IMG/VR virus record: IMGVR_UViG_3300045988_151351
Span: 64,001 to 128,000 of that record
Direction: 5' to 3' (one strand)
Length of the DNA: 64,000 bases
Source: a virus
The translations under genes were made by a program, and so were the position numbers. Positions 1-10,589 of this stretch are shown piece after piece. Below the pieces are notes generated by a model. The model was not told the DNA's origin and ran no database searches. It worked only from the letters and a program-made list of their open reading frames with translations. How positions within the stretch are numbered: position 1 is the stretch's first letter; each line of letters starts with the position of its first letter.

Positions 1-1
1 G

Positions 2-2668
2 CTTGATCCTATCCGCTGGGGTTTACCTTATTGGCGTTTTTTAAATAAAGAACGTGCTGAATTACCTGATATTGATATTGATCTTGCGCCAAGTAAACGT
101 CCTGCTATTTTTAAAGCAATTCGTGATGAACGTGGTGATTTAGGCTTAGTCCAAGTTGCTACATTTGGTACTGAAGGAACTAAATCTGCGGTATTAACAG
201 CTTGCCGTGGATATAGATCAGAAGATTTTCCAGAAGGTATTGATAATGATCAAGCACAATATATGTCTTCTCTAATTCCTCAAGAAAGAGGATTCTTATG
301 GCCAATTCATGATGTTGTTTATGGCAATGAAGAAAAAGACCGCAAGCCAATTCAAGCTTTTATTAGAGAAGTAAATCAATATGATGGCCTGTTAGATATT
401 ATTATTTATATTGAAGGTATTATTAATAAACGTTCTTCTCATGCTTCTGGTGTTATTTTATATGGTGATGATCCATTTGAAACAGCATCTTTTATGCGTA
501 CTCCCAGTGGTGATATTATCACTTGTTATGATTTGCATAAAGCAGAGGCAGCAGGCGATACTAAATATGATTTCCTTGTAACTGAAGCATCTGATAAAAT
601 AATTACTTGTTATCAATTACTATTAAAGGATAATCAAATCCCTGATTTACCTTTAAGAGAATTTTATAATAAATATATTCATCCAGAAGTAATAGACACA
701 ACAGATCAACGTATTTGGGATCACTTGGCGGCTGGCGATGTACTTGATGTATTCCAGTTCTCTACTGGAGTTGGATTAGCAATTGCTAAGAGATTAAAAC
801 CGCAAAATCCTATGGAAATGACGGCAGCAAATGCTATGATGCGTTTAATGTCTGAAAAAGGTAAAGAATCTCAGCAAGATAGATATTATCGAATTCAACA
901 TCAAGGTATTCAAGTATTCGACGCTGAAATGAAGCAAAATCATTTGCCACAAGATTTAATTGATAAATTTCATAAGCATTGTGATAAATATTATGGTTGT
1001 TGCCCTATTCAGGAACAAATGATGGAAATTCTTATGGATATTGCGGGATTTACTTTAGGTGAAGCAAATAGCGCTCGTAAAGTTGTTGCTAAAAAACAAA
1101 TGTCAAAGATTCCACAATTAAAAGAGCAAGTATTTAGTAAATTTGATGATCCTAAAGTTGCTGAATACTTCTGGGAAATTGCGGTTGCTCCACAATTAGG
1201 TTATGCTTTTAGTTTAAATCATTCTTTACCTTATTCTTTTGTAGCAATTCAAATGATTTATTTAGTAATAAATTATAATCCTATTTATTGGGATACCGCT
1301 TGTTTAATTGTTAATAGTGGTTCATTGGAAGATAATACGGAAGAAGAGCTAGTCGATATTTATGCTCCTGAAGGTGACGATTTAGCAAATGGTGTAACAT
1401 TTGAAGATTTACCAGATAAGAGCGCAAAAATTAGAAGAACTGCTTCAACTGATTATGGAAAAATTGCTAAAGCTATTAGTGATATTCAAAAAGCAGGTAT
1501 TGAAGTCGGTTTGCCAGATATTAATAAATCTAAGTTTGGTTTTGCTCCTGATATTGAAAATAATAAAATTCTTTTTGGATTAAAAGGAATGTTGAATGTT
1601 GGTGATGATTTAGTTAATACCATTATTACTAACCGTCCATATATTTCTCCAAAAGATTTTTTATATAGAATTAAGCCTAGTAAACAAGCTATGATATCTC
1701 TTATTAAAGGCGGTGCTTTTGATAATATGATGGATAGAAAATTATTAATGGGCTGGTATATTTGGGAAACTTGTGATAAAAAGAGTCGTATTACTTTACA
1801 GAATATGAGTAGCTTAATTAAATATAAATTATTACCAGAAGATACTGATAAGCAAATTATGGCTCGTCGTGTTTTTGAATTTAATAGATATTTAAAAGCA
1901 GTTTGTAAAGATACAGCAAGTTTTTATAAATTAGACACAAGAGCAATTAATTTCTTAGTTGAAATTGGTGAAGATAATTTAATTGAAGAGGGCACGAAGC
2001 TGGATCAAAAGATATGGGATAAAAAAGTCTATCAACCTTGGATGGATGTATTTCGCGATTGGATTAGCGAAAATAAAACAGAAATTCTTGAAAATTTAAA
2101 CGCAGTTATTTTTAAAGAAGATTGGAATAAATATACTGGTAAAAATAATTTATCAGCCTGGGAAATGGAAGTACTTTGCTTCTATTATCACAGTCACGAA
2201 TTGAAAGACATTAATAATAAAAAATATGGATTTGCAGATTTCTTTGCTCTTCCGCAAGAACCAGAAGTAGATAGAAGCTTCTCCAAAGGTGGTAAGACAA
2301 TTCATATCTATAAATTAAATACAATCTGCGGTACGTGTATTGCTAAAAATAAAACTAAAAGTACTGTTACTATTCTTACTACTACTGGTCCTGTTGAAGT
2401 AAAATTCAGAAAAGAATATTTCAGTTTATTTGATAAACAAATTTCAGAAAAAGGACCGGATGGAGTAAAACATATCGTCGAAAAGTCTTGGTTTAACCGA
2501 GGGAGTATGATTGTAGTTATGGGCGTGCGCCAAGGAGATAATTTTATAGCTAAAAAATATGCTTCTTCTCCTGGTCACCAGTTATATAAAATTGATGAAA
2601 TTTTTGATGATGGAACTATTACATTACGTAATACTCGTTATCAGGGAGGAATAGAAGAAGATGTATAA
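2..2668 (+). CDS. dnaE: DNA polymerase III alpha-subunit-like replicative polymerase, C-terminal part (5' end lies outside the window)
   Basis: The frame is open from base 2 and continues upstream of the track ORF 263..2668. Translation LDPIRWGLPYWRFLNKERAELPDIDIDLAPSKRPAIF...LVQVATFGTEGTKSAVLTACRGY recalls Pol III alpha core motifs (PDIDxD, GTExxKxA). About 890 codons contain no in-frame TAG. Confidence 0.7.
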   Translation, partial: LDPIRWGLPYWRFLNKERAELPDIDIDLAPSKRPAIFKAIRDERGDLGLVQVATFGTEGTKSAVLTACRGYRSEDFPEGIDNDQAQYMSSLIPQERGFLWPIHDVVYGNEEKDRKPIQAFIREVNQYDGLLDIIIYIEGIINKRSSHASGVILYGDDPFETASFMRTPSGDIITCYDLHKAEAAGDTKYDFLVTEASDKIITCYQLLLKDNQIPDLPLREFYNKYIHPEVIDTTDQRIWDHLAAGDVLDVFQFSTGVGLAIAKRLKPQNPMEMTAANAMMRLMSEKGKESQQDRYYRIQHQGIQVFDAEMKQNHLPQDLIDKFHKHCDKYYGCCPIQEQMMEILMDIAGFTLGEANSARKVVAKKQMSKIPQLKEQVFSKFDDPKVAEYFWEIAVAPQLGYAFSLNHSLPYSFVAIQMIYLVINYNPIYWDTACLIVNSGSLEDNTEEELVDIYAPEGDDLANGVTFEDLPDKSAKIRRTASTDYGKIAKAISDIQKAGIEVGLPDINKSKFGFAPDIENNKILFGLKGMLNVGDDLVNTIITNRPYISPKDFLYRIKPSKQAMISLIKGGAFDNMMDRKLLMGWYIWETCDKKSRITLQNMSSLIKYKLLPEDTDKQIMARRVFEFNRYLKAVCKDTASFYKLDTRAINFLVEIGEDNLIEEGTKLDQKIWDKKVYQPWMDVFRDWISENKTEILENLNAVIFKEDWNKYTGKNNLSAWEMEVLCFYYHSHELKDINNKKYGFADFFALPQEPEVDRSFSKGGKTIHIYKLNTICGTCIAKNKTKSTVTILTTTGPVEVKFRKEYFSLFDKQISEKGPDGVKHIVEKSWFNRGSMIVVMGVRQGDNFIAKKYASSPGHQLYKIDEIFDDGTITLRNTRYQGGIEEDV

Positions 2669-3233
2669 AATTGTAGCCATTATGGGCAAAGCAGGAAGCG
2701 GGAAGGATAGTCTTATGAAGGCTATCCTTCACCATGATACCGAAAAAAAATTAAATGAAATAATTAGTTATACTACTCGTCCAATTAGAGAAGGAGAGCA
2801 AGAAGGAATTAATTATCATTATGTTTCTAATGAAGAATTTTCTCAATTAGTATTAGAAAATAAAATGTTAGAAGCGACAGTATTTAACTCTTGGGGATAT
2901 GGTACTGCCATTAATTCATTAAATGAAAACAAAATTAATATTGGAGTATTTAACCCTGCGGGAGTTGAAAGCTTAATGAAAGATTCTCGTATTGATTTAA
3001 AAGTATTCTATATTGAAGCTTCAGACAAAGAAAGATTAATTCGTCAGCTAAGTCGAGAAAGCGATCCTAATATTGAAGAAATATTTAGACGTTTTAAAGC
3101 AGATGAAATTGATTTTTCTGATTTATCAGATTTTAATTATACTACTATTAATAATGAAATTAAAAAAGATTTTTATCCTGCTGTATATGCTATGGGAAGG
3201 CAAATCCGCGATTGGGCAGACGGATTTAATTAA
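2661..3233 (+). CDS. P-loop deoxynucleoside monophosphate (guanylate-like) kinase
   Basis: Walker A motif MGKAGSGKDS at the N-terminus. Size (190 aa) and position beside the polymerase and RNR resemble phage dNMP kinases. The start ATGA overlaps the polymerase stop. No TAG. Confidence 0.55.
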   Translation: MYKIVAIMGKAGSGKDSLMKAILHHDTEKKLNEIISYTTRPIREGEQEGINYHYVSNEEFSQLVLENKMLEATVFNSWGYGTAINSLNENKINIGVFNPAGVESLMKDSRIDLKVFYIEASDKERLIRQLSRESDPNIEEIFRRFKADEIDFSDLSDFNYTTINNEIKKDFYPAVYAMGRQIRDWADGFN

Positions 3234-3301
3234 TCTATAAGAAAAACCATATTTAGTAGACAGCTTAAAATTTTAATACTAAATATAGTGGAGGAATATA
3301 A

Positions 3302-5545
3302 ATGATTTATATTATAAAGCGCAATGGCACAATTGTTTTATTTGATAAAAATAAAATTATTAATGCTATTAATAAAGCATTTATTGAAGTTGATGGATAG
3401 CTTTATGAAAATGATACCGCTCAAGATATCGCTAATGATATTGAACGTCAAGTAAATTATTTCCCTGATGGTAGTGTAGGGGTAGAAGATATCCAAGATT
3501 GGATTGAAGATTATTTGATGCGCTCTGAGCGTCGTGATGTAGCTCGTGCATATATTAGATATAGATATAAAAAAGAAGTTGCTCGTGAAAAGAAAGATGA
3601 TTTTATTCAAGCCATTAGGAAAAAGCTTGATGGTAAAGATATTAAAAATCAAAATGCTAACGTTGATGAAGCATCATTTGGCGGACGTATTGGCGAAGCC
3701 AGCAGTGTAGTAACTAAACAATTAGCTTTAGATTATATCTTATCACCAATGGCAAGAGATAATCATTTAAATAATATGATTTATACTCATGATCTTGATG
3801 CTTATTATGTTGGTTCTCATAATTGTTTAAGTATTCCTTTTGATGATTTACTTGCTAATGGATTTAATACTCGCTAGACAGATGTACGTCCAGCAGGTTC
3901 AGTAAATACAGCTTTTCAATTAGTGGCTGTTATTTTCCAAATTCAAAGTCTTTCTCAATTCGGCGGCGTTAGTGCCACTCATCTTGATTGGACTATGGTT
4001 CCTTATGTAAGAAAAAGTTTTTATAAACATTGGAAAGACGGAATGCGTTATATTGAAAAAGTTGATTCATGTGGGAAAGCATCTAATCCAGAAAATTTAT
4101 CTATTGCTGATAATGGATATTTAGAATTTGAAAAAGCATATAAATATGCTATGGATATGACTATTAAAGAAGTCCATCAAGCAGTAGAAGGTATGTATCA
4201 TAATCTTAATACTTTACAATCTCGTTCAGGAAATTAGTTGCCATTTACCTCTATTAATTATGGTACTTGTACTCTTCCAGAAGGAAGAATGATTACTAAA
4301 GCACTTTTGGATGTATCTATTGAAGGTATTGGCAAATTACATAAAACTTCTATTTTCCCTTGCGGAATTTTTCAATGTATGAAGGGAGTTAACCGTGAAC
4401 CAGGTGACCCAAATTACGATTTGTTTAAACTCGCATTATAGTCCACCGCCCAAAGATTATATCCCAACTACGCGAATGTTGATTGGTCAGGGAATGCTGG
4501 ATATGATATCAATGACCCACGCACCTATTTTTCTACAATGGGATGTAGAACAGCCAATGGATACGATATTAACGGTTTCGGTCAGCTAAAAGATGGTCGT
4601 GGTAATATTTGCCCAGTAACTATTATTATGCCCACTTTAGCTATGGAAGCTAAAGAAATGGCAGATCATCAATATTTTGAAGATGGTTTAGATGCTCAAA
4701 AAGAACAATATCGTTGCAGATGTTTTATGAATTTATTAGATCAAAAAATTAATGAAGCAAGAATTCAATTGATGGAACGTTTTGACTGGATTTGCTCACA
4801 AGACCCAAAATCTGCAAAATTTATGTATGAAAATAATTTAATGGCAGGTTATATTCCAGAAGAAGGAATTAGAAGTGCCCTTAAGCATGGTACATTAGCT
4901 ATAGGATAGATTGGTTTAGCTGAAACTCTTCAAATTCTTATTGGATGCGATCATACTGATCCAAGAGGAATGAAAATGGCAAAAAAGATTGAAGAATTAT
5001 TTAAACAACGTTGTGCTGAATTTAAAGAAGAATATAAACTTAATTTTGGAGTATATTATACGCCAGCTGAAAATTTATGTTATACAGCAATGCAAAAATT
5101 CAAAGAAAAATACGGCATCATACCTAATGTTTCTGATAAAGAATTTTTCACTAATAGTATCCATGTTCCCGTATGGAAGAAAATTTCTCCCTTTGACAAA
5201 ATTGATATTGAAAGTCAGTTAACAGGTTATTCTTCTGCTGGATGTATTACCTATGTAGAATTAGATTCTACTGTAAAGCATAATATTGATGCTCTTGAAC
5301 AAATTGTTAATTATGCTATGGATAAAGATATCCCTTATTTTGCAGTAAATGTGCCTAATGATACTTGCCTTAACTGCGGATATTGTGATGAATTTAATGA
5401 TAAATGTCCTGAATGCGGTAGTACCAATATTCAATAGCTACGTCGTGTGACTGGTTATTTAACTGGAAACTACAAAACTGCTTTTAACTATGGTAAACAA
5501 AAAGAAGTAGAAGCACGAGTAAAACATACGGGGTAGATGGAATGA
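3302..5545 (+). CDS. nrdD: Anaerobic ribonucleoside-triphosphate reductase (class III RNR), read through 7 in-frame TAG codons
   Basis: Track ORFs 3515.., 3923.., 4238.., 4538.., 4970.. all lie in frame 2 and are separated only by TAG. Motifs are continuous: ...GFNTR-TAG-TDVRPAG..., SGN-TAG-LPFTSINYG, MGCRTANGYDINGFGQLKDGRGNICPVTI, and the C-terminal glycine-radical region RRVTGYLTGNYKTAFNYGKQKEVEARVKH. A GGAGG RBS sits 9 nt upstream of the ATG at 3302. The true stop is TGA at 5543-5545. Confidence 0.9.
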
Positions 5546-5889
5546 CACATTCAATTTATGATTTAGCAAACTATTTTAATTAGCAACAAGGAAGAAAATA
5601 TCCTTGTTCTAATTAGATAGTGATATGTGCTTATATAACTGATAATTCGCAAGAAGTTTACAATTATTTAGATAAAAATAATATTATACCAATCAGAATA
5701 TCAAAAACTCGTATAGAATGGCAAGAAAATAATGAGCGATGGATATGGTTACCTATAACTTAGAATACCAGAGGTTATAGATTTTATAAAATAAAAATAT
5801 CTAAAAATTATAATAATGAGGAAATATTAAAAACAATAATTATTCCTTATTGCAGCTTATATTGTTGTTCTTGGGAGGTTATGGAATGA
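5542..5889 (+). CDS. Small hypothetical protein (about 115 aa, 3 TAG codons)
   Basis: Hand translation in frame 1 from an ATG overlapping the nrdD stop gives MTHSIYDLANYFN(Q)QQGRKYP... The ORF ends at TGA 5887-5889. No ORF-track support, so this call is weak. Confidence 0.25.
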
Positions 5890-6563
5890 ATTATTCTAAA
5901 AGACCTTTAAAAAAGCATTAGAAAATAAAAGATAAATTAGAAAAAGCTACTGAAGTATTAAATAAAAAAATTGACTCGGAATTAGAGGCAATTATAAAAA
6001 AAATATTTTCTTGGATAGCTGATGATGAAAAGATTAATACAAAAGAACATCGAGATGATTTAATAAATTTATTTTATAAAGCTTTAGAAAATCTTTATTC
6101 TGAAATTAATATATAGTTAGGAAAGATTTATAAAACCGTAGCTCCTTTTAATTTAAAGGATATAACAGATTTAACTTTTCAAGAAGATGGAAAAACATTA
6201 GATGAGCGAATTACTAAATATTTAGATGATTTAGAAGAAAAAAGATTATCTGGTGATTTTCCAGATAATTTAAAAAGCTTTGGTGCTAATATGTATTCTC
6301 GTCTGTTAAATAATGAAGGTAGATATTTATTTACTCATTTAATGAAAATGAAAATAAAACCTGTAGCTTCAATACTTGTAATTGAAACAGGAACTTGCGA
6401 TGATTTATGCGGTGAATGGAATGGAGAATACCCTGCAGAAGAAGATGTTCCTCTTCCTCCCTACCATACTAATTGTTAGTGTTCTGCTTATTATATTGAA
6501 ACTGATGATGAAGATGATGTTAATGACTTAGATTTAGAAGTGGAGGAAGCAAAAAATATATGA
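5886..6563 (+). CDS. Hypothetical protein (about 225 aa, 3 TAG codons)
   Basis: Frame-0 ORF from ATG 5886: MNYSKRPLKKH-TAG-KIKDKLEKATEVLNKK... It joins track ORF 6291..6479, passes one more TAG and stops at TGA 6561-6563, overlapping the nrdG start as ATGA. Confidence 0.4.
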
Positions 6564-7048
6564 AATATGCAGGAATTATAAAAAATGATATTGCCGCAGC
6601 ACCTGGAGTATGTGTTTCATTCTTTGTTCAAGGTTGTCCTAATCATTGTAAAGGATGCCATAATCCTGAAACATGGGATTTTGATGGTGGTAAAGAATTT
6701 ACGAGTGATATATTTACTGAAATTACTCAAGCATTATAGGCAAATGGTATTCATCGAAATTTTTGTATAATGGGTGGCGAACCATTATGTGAACAAAATC
6801 AATTGCTTACTTTACTTTTGGTCCGTACTATAAAAGAAAAACTTCCTAATACAAAAATTTATGTATGGACTGGATATTATTATGATGATTTAATTAAACA
6901 AAAAGATAATGGAAAACTTCAAGAAATTCTTAGCAGTATTGATGTCTTGATTGATGGTCCATATATCCAAGAGCAAAGAGATGTATCATTGCCTATGCGT
7001 GGAAGTAAAAATTAGCATATTATTAATTTAAATTCAAATAAAAATTGA
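6560..7048 (+). CDS. nrdG: Anaerobic RNR activating protein (radical SAM), 2 TAG codons
   Basis: MKYAGIIKNDIAAAPGVCVSFFVQGCPNHCKGCHNPETWDF carries the CxxxCxxC cluster. The frame continues through TAG at 6737 and joins track ORF 6770..7015 (...CIMGGEPL...). The C-terminus reads RGSKN-TAG-HIINLNSNKN*, which matches the conserved NrdG RGSxNQ motif if TAG encodes Gln. Confidence 0.85.
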
Positions 7049-7073
7049 CGACTTTAAAATTTTTTGTTATAAT
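7045..7073 (+). promoter_or_regulatory. Sigma-70-like promoter with extended -10: TTGACG-17 nt-TGtTATAAT
   Basis: The sequence ttgacg actttaaaattttttgt tataat gives a near-consensus -35, 17-bp spacing, TG at -15/-14 and a consensus -10. It lies about 30 nt upstream of the GGAGG RBS and ATG at 7104. Confidence 0.5.
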
Positions 7074-7103
7074 ATATCTATAAAAAGAAATCGGAGGATT
7101 CAA

Positions 7104-7643
7104 ATGGAAAATTTTAAAGTTAGTTTTGAAGTGAAGAATATTCACGAATTAGAAAATTCTCCTTAGAATTTCTATGCTGGATAGGTTTGCTATGATTAGG
7201 ATAATCAAAAATTAATGGTATATAAAGATTCTAAGTGGATTCCATTAAATAATAATGCTAAATTAAATGCAGAAGGTTCAGGCATTGAGATTAATTTATA
7301 TGATTTAAATAAAAATATTATGTCTCAATTAAAGCCTTTATCAGATGAAAAACTCAAAGAATTAAAGAAATTAATTTTAACCTTTGATGATACAATAGAT
7401 AATACTTACTATATGTTATTATGCCGAGAACGAAATTATTATACAATGTTCGTTAAAAGTGGTTGTATTGGTATTAATGCTATTAATGAAAGTGTTATTG
7501 ATTGCTTACATGATTTAGGTGAAATAGTAAGTGGCGAATTAACTGAAGACAAAATAGCGATTGAATTCTGGATTAAAGCAGATGATACTGCTTATTGCGT
7601 TTATTTCTTTGGTTATGATGCTGGCGTAGTGGAGTGTGTATAA
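7104..7643 (+). CDS. Hypothetical protein (about 179 aa, 3 TAG codons near the N-terminus)
   Basis: A GGAGG RBS at 7094-7098 precedes ATG 7104. Translation MENFKVSFEVKNIHELENSP-TAG-NFYAG-TAG-VCYD-TAG-DNQKLMVYKDSKWIPL is in frame with track ORF 7215..7643. Confidence 0.45.
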
Positions 7644-7912
7644 TGGATACAAAAATTGTTGCTATCATTGATTTATTTGATAGTGAATAGAAAGTATATA
7701 AAATCTCTCCAAGCGAACAATCTCTTTTAGGAAAATATTCTTTAAATGATATTAACTCATTCGCTATGGAGATTTTACACAATTGTTATAATTATAAAAT
7801 TAATGATATTCATTTCTTTGGATAGACAAATTATATTGAAGAAATTGTAGAATCAATTAATAATGTAAATAGAAATAATTATTCTTTAAATTTAAATATA
7901 GAGGTTAATTAA
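7643..7912 (+). CDS. Small hypothetical protein (about 89 aa, TAG codons)
   Basis: ATG at 7643 overlaps the previous stop. Translation MDTKIVAIIDLFDSE-TAG-KVYKISPSEQSLLGKYSLNDINSFAMEILHNCYNYKINDIHFFG-TAG-TNYIEEIVESIN... ends at TAA 7910-7912. Confidence 0.3.
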
Positions 7913-8157
7913 ATGAAATATTTAATCAGTACAACAGATGTTTATAGAGTTCCAACAGTAGCAGAAGTAGAATAGTTACATGAAGAATTAATTAATGATA
8001 CTCATTTTACTTTAAATGCTTTTAGTTATAAGACTAAACAAATTAAGCAGAAGGGCGAAATCATTGATGAATATCAACTAGTTACTGCTAAGAAATTATT
8101 TAATGATGAAAAAGAACCCGGTACAAATATTGATATTAAGTATGAGGTAGAATTTTA
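7913..8157 (+). CDS. Small hypothetical protein (about 81 aa, 2 TAG codons)
   Basis: MKYLISTTDVYRVPTVAEVE-TAG-LHEELINDTHFTLNAFSYKTKQIKQKGEIIDEY-TAG-LVTAKKLFNDEKEPGTNIDIKYEVEF*. The reading is tight against both neighbours. Confidence 0.3.
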
Positions 8158-8688
8158 ATGAATAGATTTGAAAGAGTTTCAAGATTTCCCGACGCAGTTC
8201 TCCCTATTCGTAAGACAGCAAATTCTGCGGGTTATGATTTAACAGTCGCAGAAGATATTGTAATTCCTCCTTTATCTAAGCACATTTAGGCATTAGATGT
8301 TGATTAGGAATATGGTATTACAACGATGGATTTGACTGAAATGGCTGCTTTAACTAAATCTAAGAAAGCTAAACCTACTCTTGTTTCTACTGGAGTTAAA
8401 TGTCAATTAAATCCTGATTGCTATTTGGAATTATCTGTGCGCAGTTCTACTCCTTTAAAATATTGGCTAATTTTAGCTAATAGTGTGGGTATTATTGATT
8501 CTGACTATTATAATAATCCTGATAATGAAGGAGAGATTTTTTTACAATTAATTAATCTCTCTCCATATAATATCCAATTGCATAAAGGTGATGTAATTGG
8601 ACAAGGCATTATTAAAAAGTATGAGATTACTGATGATGATAATGCTACTGGGAATAGACTTGGAGGCTTTGGTTCTACGTCTAAATAA
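8158..8688 (+). CDS. dut: dUTP diphosphatase (dUTPase), 2 TAG codons
   Basis: MNRFERVSRFPDAVLPIRKTANSAGYDLTV...I-TAG-ALDVD-TAG-EYGITT... is then in frame with track ORF 8326..8688. That ORF carries the RSS, GIIDSDYYNNP and GNRLGGFGSTSK dUTPase motifs. Confidence 0.85.
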
Positions 8689-8722
8689 TAAAATTTGTCT
8701 CCTTGTCAGAAAGGAGGTAAAT

Positions 8723-9235
8723 ATGAATATTTTATTTTTAGATTTATCTACTAAATCTACTGGATATTGTATTTCTGATGATGCTGGTAAAATGATTACT
8801 TATGGTTTAATTACAGCATCATCAGAAAATAATATTTCAAGAATTGTTAAAATACAAACTGAAATTACAAAATTAATCCAATAGTATAAGATAGAAAAAA
8901 TTATAGCAGAAGATGTTCATCCCGAAGAATATGGTTACTCAGATACTGCAAGATTATTAATGTGGCTTTAGGGCGCAGTTATGTTAGGTGCGCATTCAGT
9001 TAATTCTAAAGTAAATTCTAAAACTTTAGAATTAATGTAGGCTAACGAATGGCGCCGTCAACTAGGAATTAAAGTAGGCCGTGGTATTAAACGATCAGCT
9101 TTAAAACCTTTAGATATTTAGTATGTAAAAGAACATTATGGTATTGAAGCAAATGATGATGTTTGTGATGCTATATGTTTATTTACTGCTTATTTCCTCG
9201 CGCAGTAGCAGCAAAATGATTATAATTGGGAGTAA
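8723..9235 (+). CDS. ruvC: RuvC-like Holliday junction resolvase, about 5 TAG codons
   Basis: MNILFLDLSTKSTGYCISDDAGKMITYGLITASSE... has the LDLSTKSTGY catalytic Asp motif. It continues EDVHPEEYGYSDTARLLMWL-TAG-GAVMLGAHSV...DDVCDAICLF (second acidic motif). It lies in frame 2, as does track ORF 8597..8884. Confidence 0.75.
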
Positions 9236-9312
9236 ATGATTGGACTTAAATAAGTAATCTTCCTATCTAAATGCTAAAGTATAATAGAAGCTAAAGAAAG
9301 GAGGTTACATAT

Positions 9313-9756
9313 ATGGCCACTTTTATTGCTGAACATTTTATTGAAATTATTTTTGGACTTATTTCTGCTGGACTATTAGCATTTTGTAAATCAATTCATG
9401 GTAAAATGAAAAAGTATCAAGCAATGGTTGAAGAGCAGAAAAATGATGACCTAGATGAAAAAATTGAATCCCATATTGAGCCTATTAAAGAAGAAATAGA
9501 AGATTTGCGAAAATATATTAGAGAAGCAAAGACTATTGAAGAAAGTCATATGGAATTAATTATTGCATCTTACCGTTTTAGACTAACTCAATTGTGTCGT
9601 GCTTATTTAAAAAAGGGATATATGACTTCTAATGAGTATGAACAATTAACAGAGTTTTATAAAGTTTATCATGGGTTAGGCGGCAATGGGCAAGCCAAAA
9701 CTTATTATGATAAAACAATAAAATTACCAATTCAGCATGAAGAGCTTCCAAAATAA
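9313..9756 (+). CDS. Hypothetical protein with an N-terminal transmembrane helix (147 aa, no TAG)
   Basis: Track ORF with an AGGAGG RBS upstream. The hydrophobic N-terminus FIAEHFIEIIFGLISAGLLAF is followed by a charged, coiled-coil-like region. Confidence 0.5.
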   Translation: MATFIAEHFIEIIFGLISAGLLAFCKSIHGKMKKYQAMVEEQKNDDLDEKIESHIEPIKEEIEDLRKYIREAKTIEESHMELIIASYRFRLTQLCRAYLKKGYMTSNEYEQLTEFYKVYHGLGGNGQAKTYYDKTIKLPIQHEELPK

Positions 9757-9762
9757 AAATAA

Positions 9763-9800
9763 GGGATAGAACAATTAAGTTCTATCCCTTATTTTTTTAT
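9763..9800. terminator. Bidirectional intrinsic terminator (hairpin plus T-run)
   Basis: aagggatagaac aattaa gttctatccctt is followed by TTTTTTTAT on the + strand and flanked by A/T runs on both sides. It sits between convergent genes. Confidence 0.6.
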
Positions 9801-10100
9801 CTATTTAAATATTTCATCAGTCTATTGGATTATATCAAATCCATAATCACTAATAATATTAGCAACTAATTCCTACTAATCTAAATTTAATTTAATATTA
9901 TAGCTAAACATAAAAGCATGAGTTATTTCATGACATAAAACATGATATAATTTATCTTCTTCTAATCTTCTATTTATATATATTGTGCTAGTCTTATCAT
10001 CACAAGATCCTAATGCTTTTACCCCATTATGTTTAGATAATTTAGAAAAATTGGAGGGTACTAAAAGCACCCTCCAATTTCTTCCATTTATATTAAACAT
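9789..10100 (-). CDS. Small HExxH-motif protein (putative zinc metallopeptidase-like), extends through 3 TAG codons past the track ORF
   Basis: Track ORF 9876..10100 ends ...VLCHEITHAFMFSYNIKLNLD. The frame continues through TAG to TAA at 9789-9791. It overlaps the 3' end of the gene 10093..10575. Confidence 0.35.
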
Positions 10101-10575
10101 TCATCTAACCAATTTTAGTTGCTAAAGCCGAAATTTTTCTTTCAAGGTAAGACCTTTCATCATTTGAAGCATTTTCAATCATTTCAACTATATCAGAGCT
10201 TAAATCTGAAATATAATTATCTAACTCCTTAAGCTGAATAGCCTTATCTTTATGATTTTGTTGAGCTTCTAAATACGCTTTACGGGCAGAGGGACTACGA
10301 CCTATTTTGTCATCATCCCAAGCTGTTTCCATATGTGTATCAGTCATATATTTACTTGTTTTATTTTTAGGATATTTTTCAGTATAATATAAGATTTCTT
10401 CTTCAGAAGCTTTTTCCATTGCTTCAGTAATTGAACAATAATACTTTGCTTCTTCTAAATCTTTTATCATATCAATGACTTCACCTAATTCATGAGCATC
10501 AACACAGGCTAAATTAGACATTTGGCATTCGACTTGCGCCATTAATTGTTCTCTTACACTTTCATAATCGCACAT
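10093..10575 (-). CDS. Hypothetical acidic protein (about 160 aa)
   Basis: Track ORF 10105..10575 extends through one TAG to TAA at 10093. A GGGGG RBS lies upstream of ATG 10575. Confidence 0.45.
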
Positions 10576-10589
10576 TCTAATTTACCCCC

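Noticed and set aside
1401-1583. Track ORFs 1401..1583, 4395..4589, 4989..5222 and 6585..6770 as separate genes.
   Set aside because: They are alternative-frame ORFs inside the polymerase, nrdD and nrdG.
3302-5545. The in-frame TAGs in nrdD, nrdG, dut and ruvC could mean these are pseudogenes or sequencing frameshifts.
   Set aside because: Every interruption is a TAG, never TAA or TGA, and the frame is preserved across each one. Conserved motifs continue immediately after each TAG, and every gene terminates at TAA or TGA. Systematic recoding explains this far better than decay.
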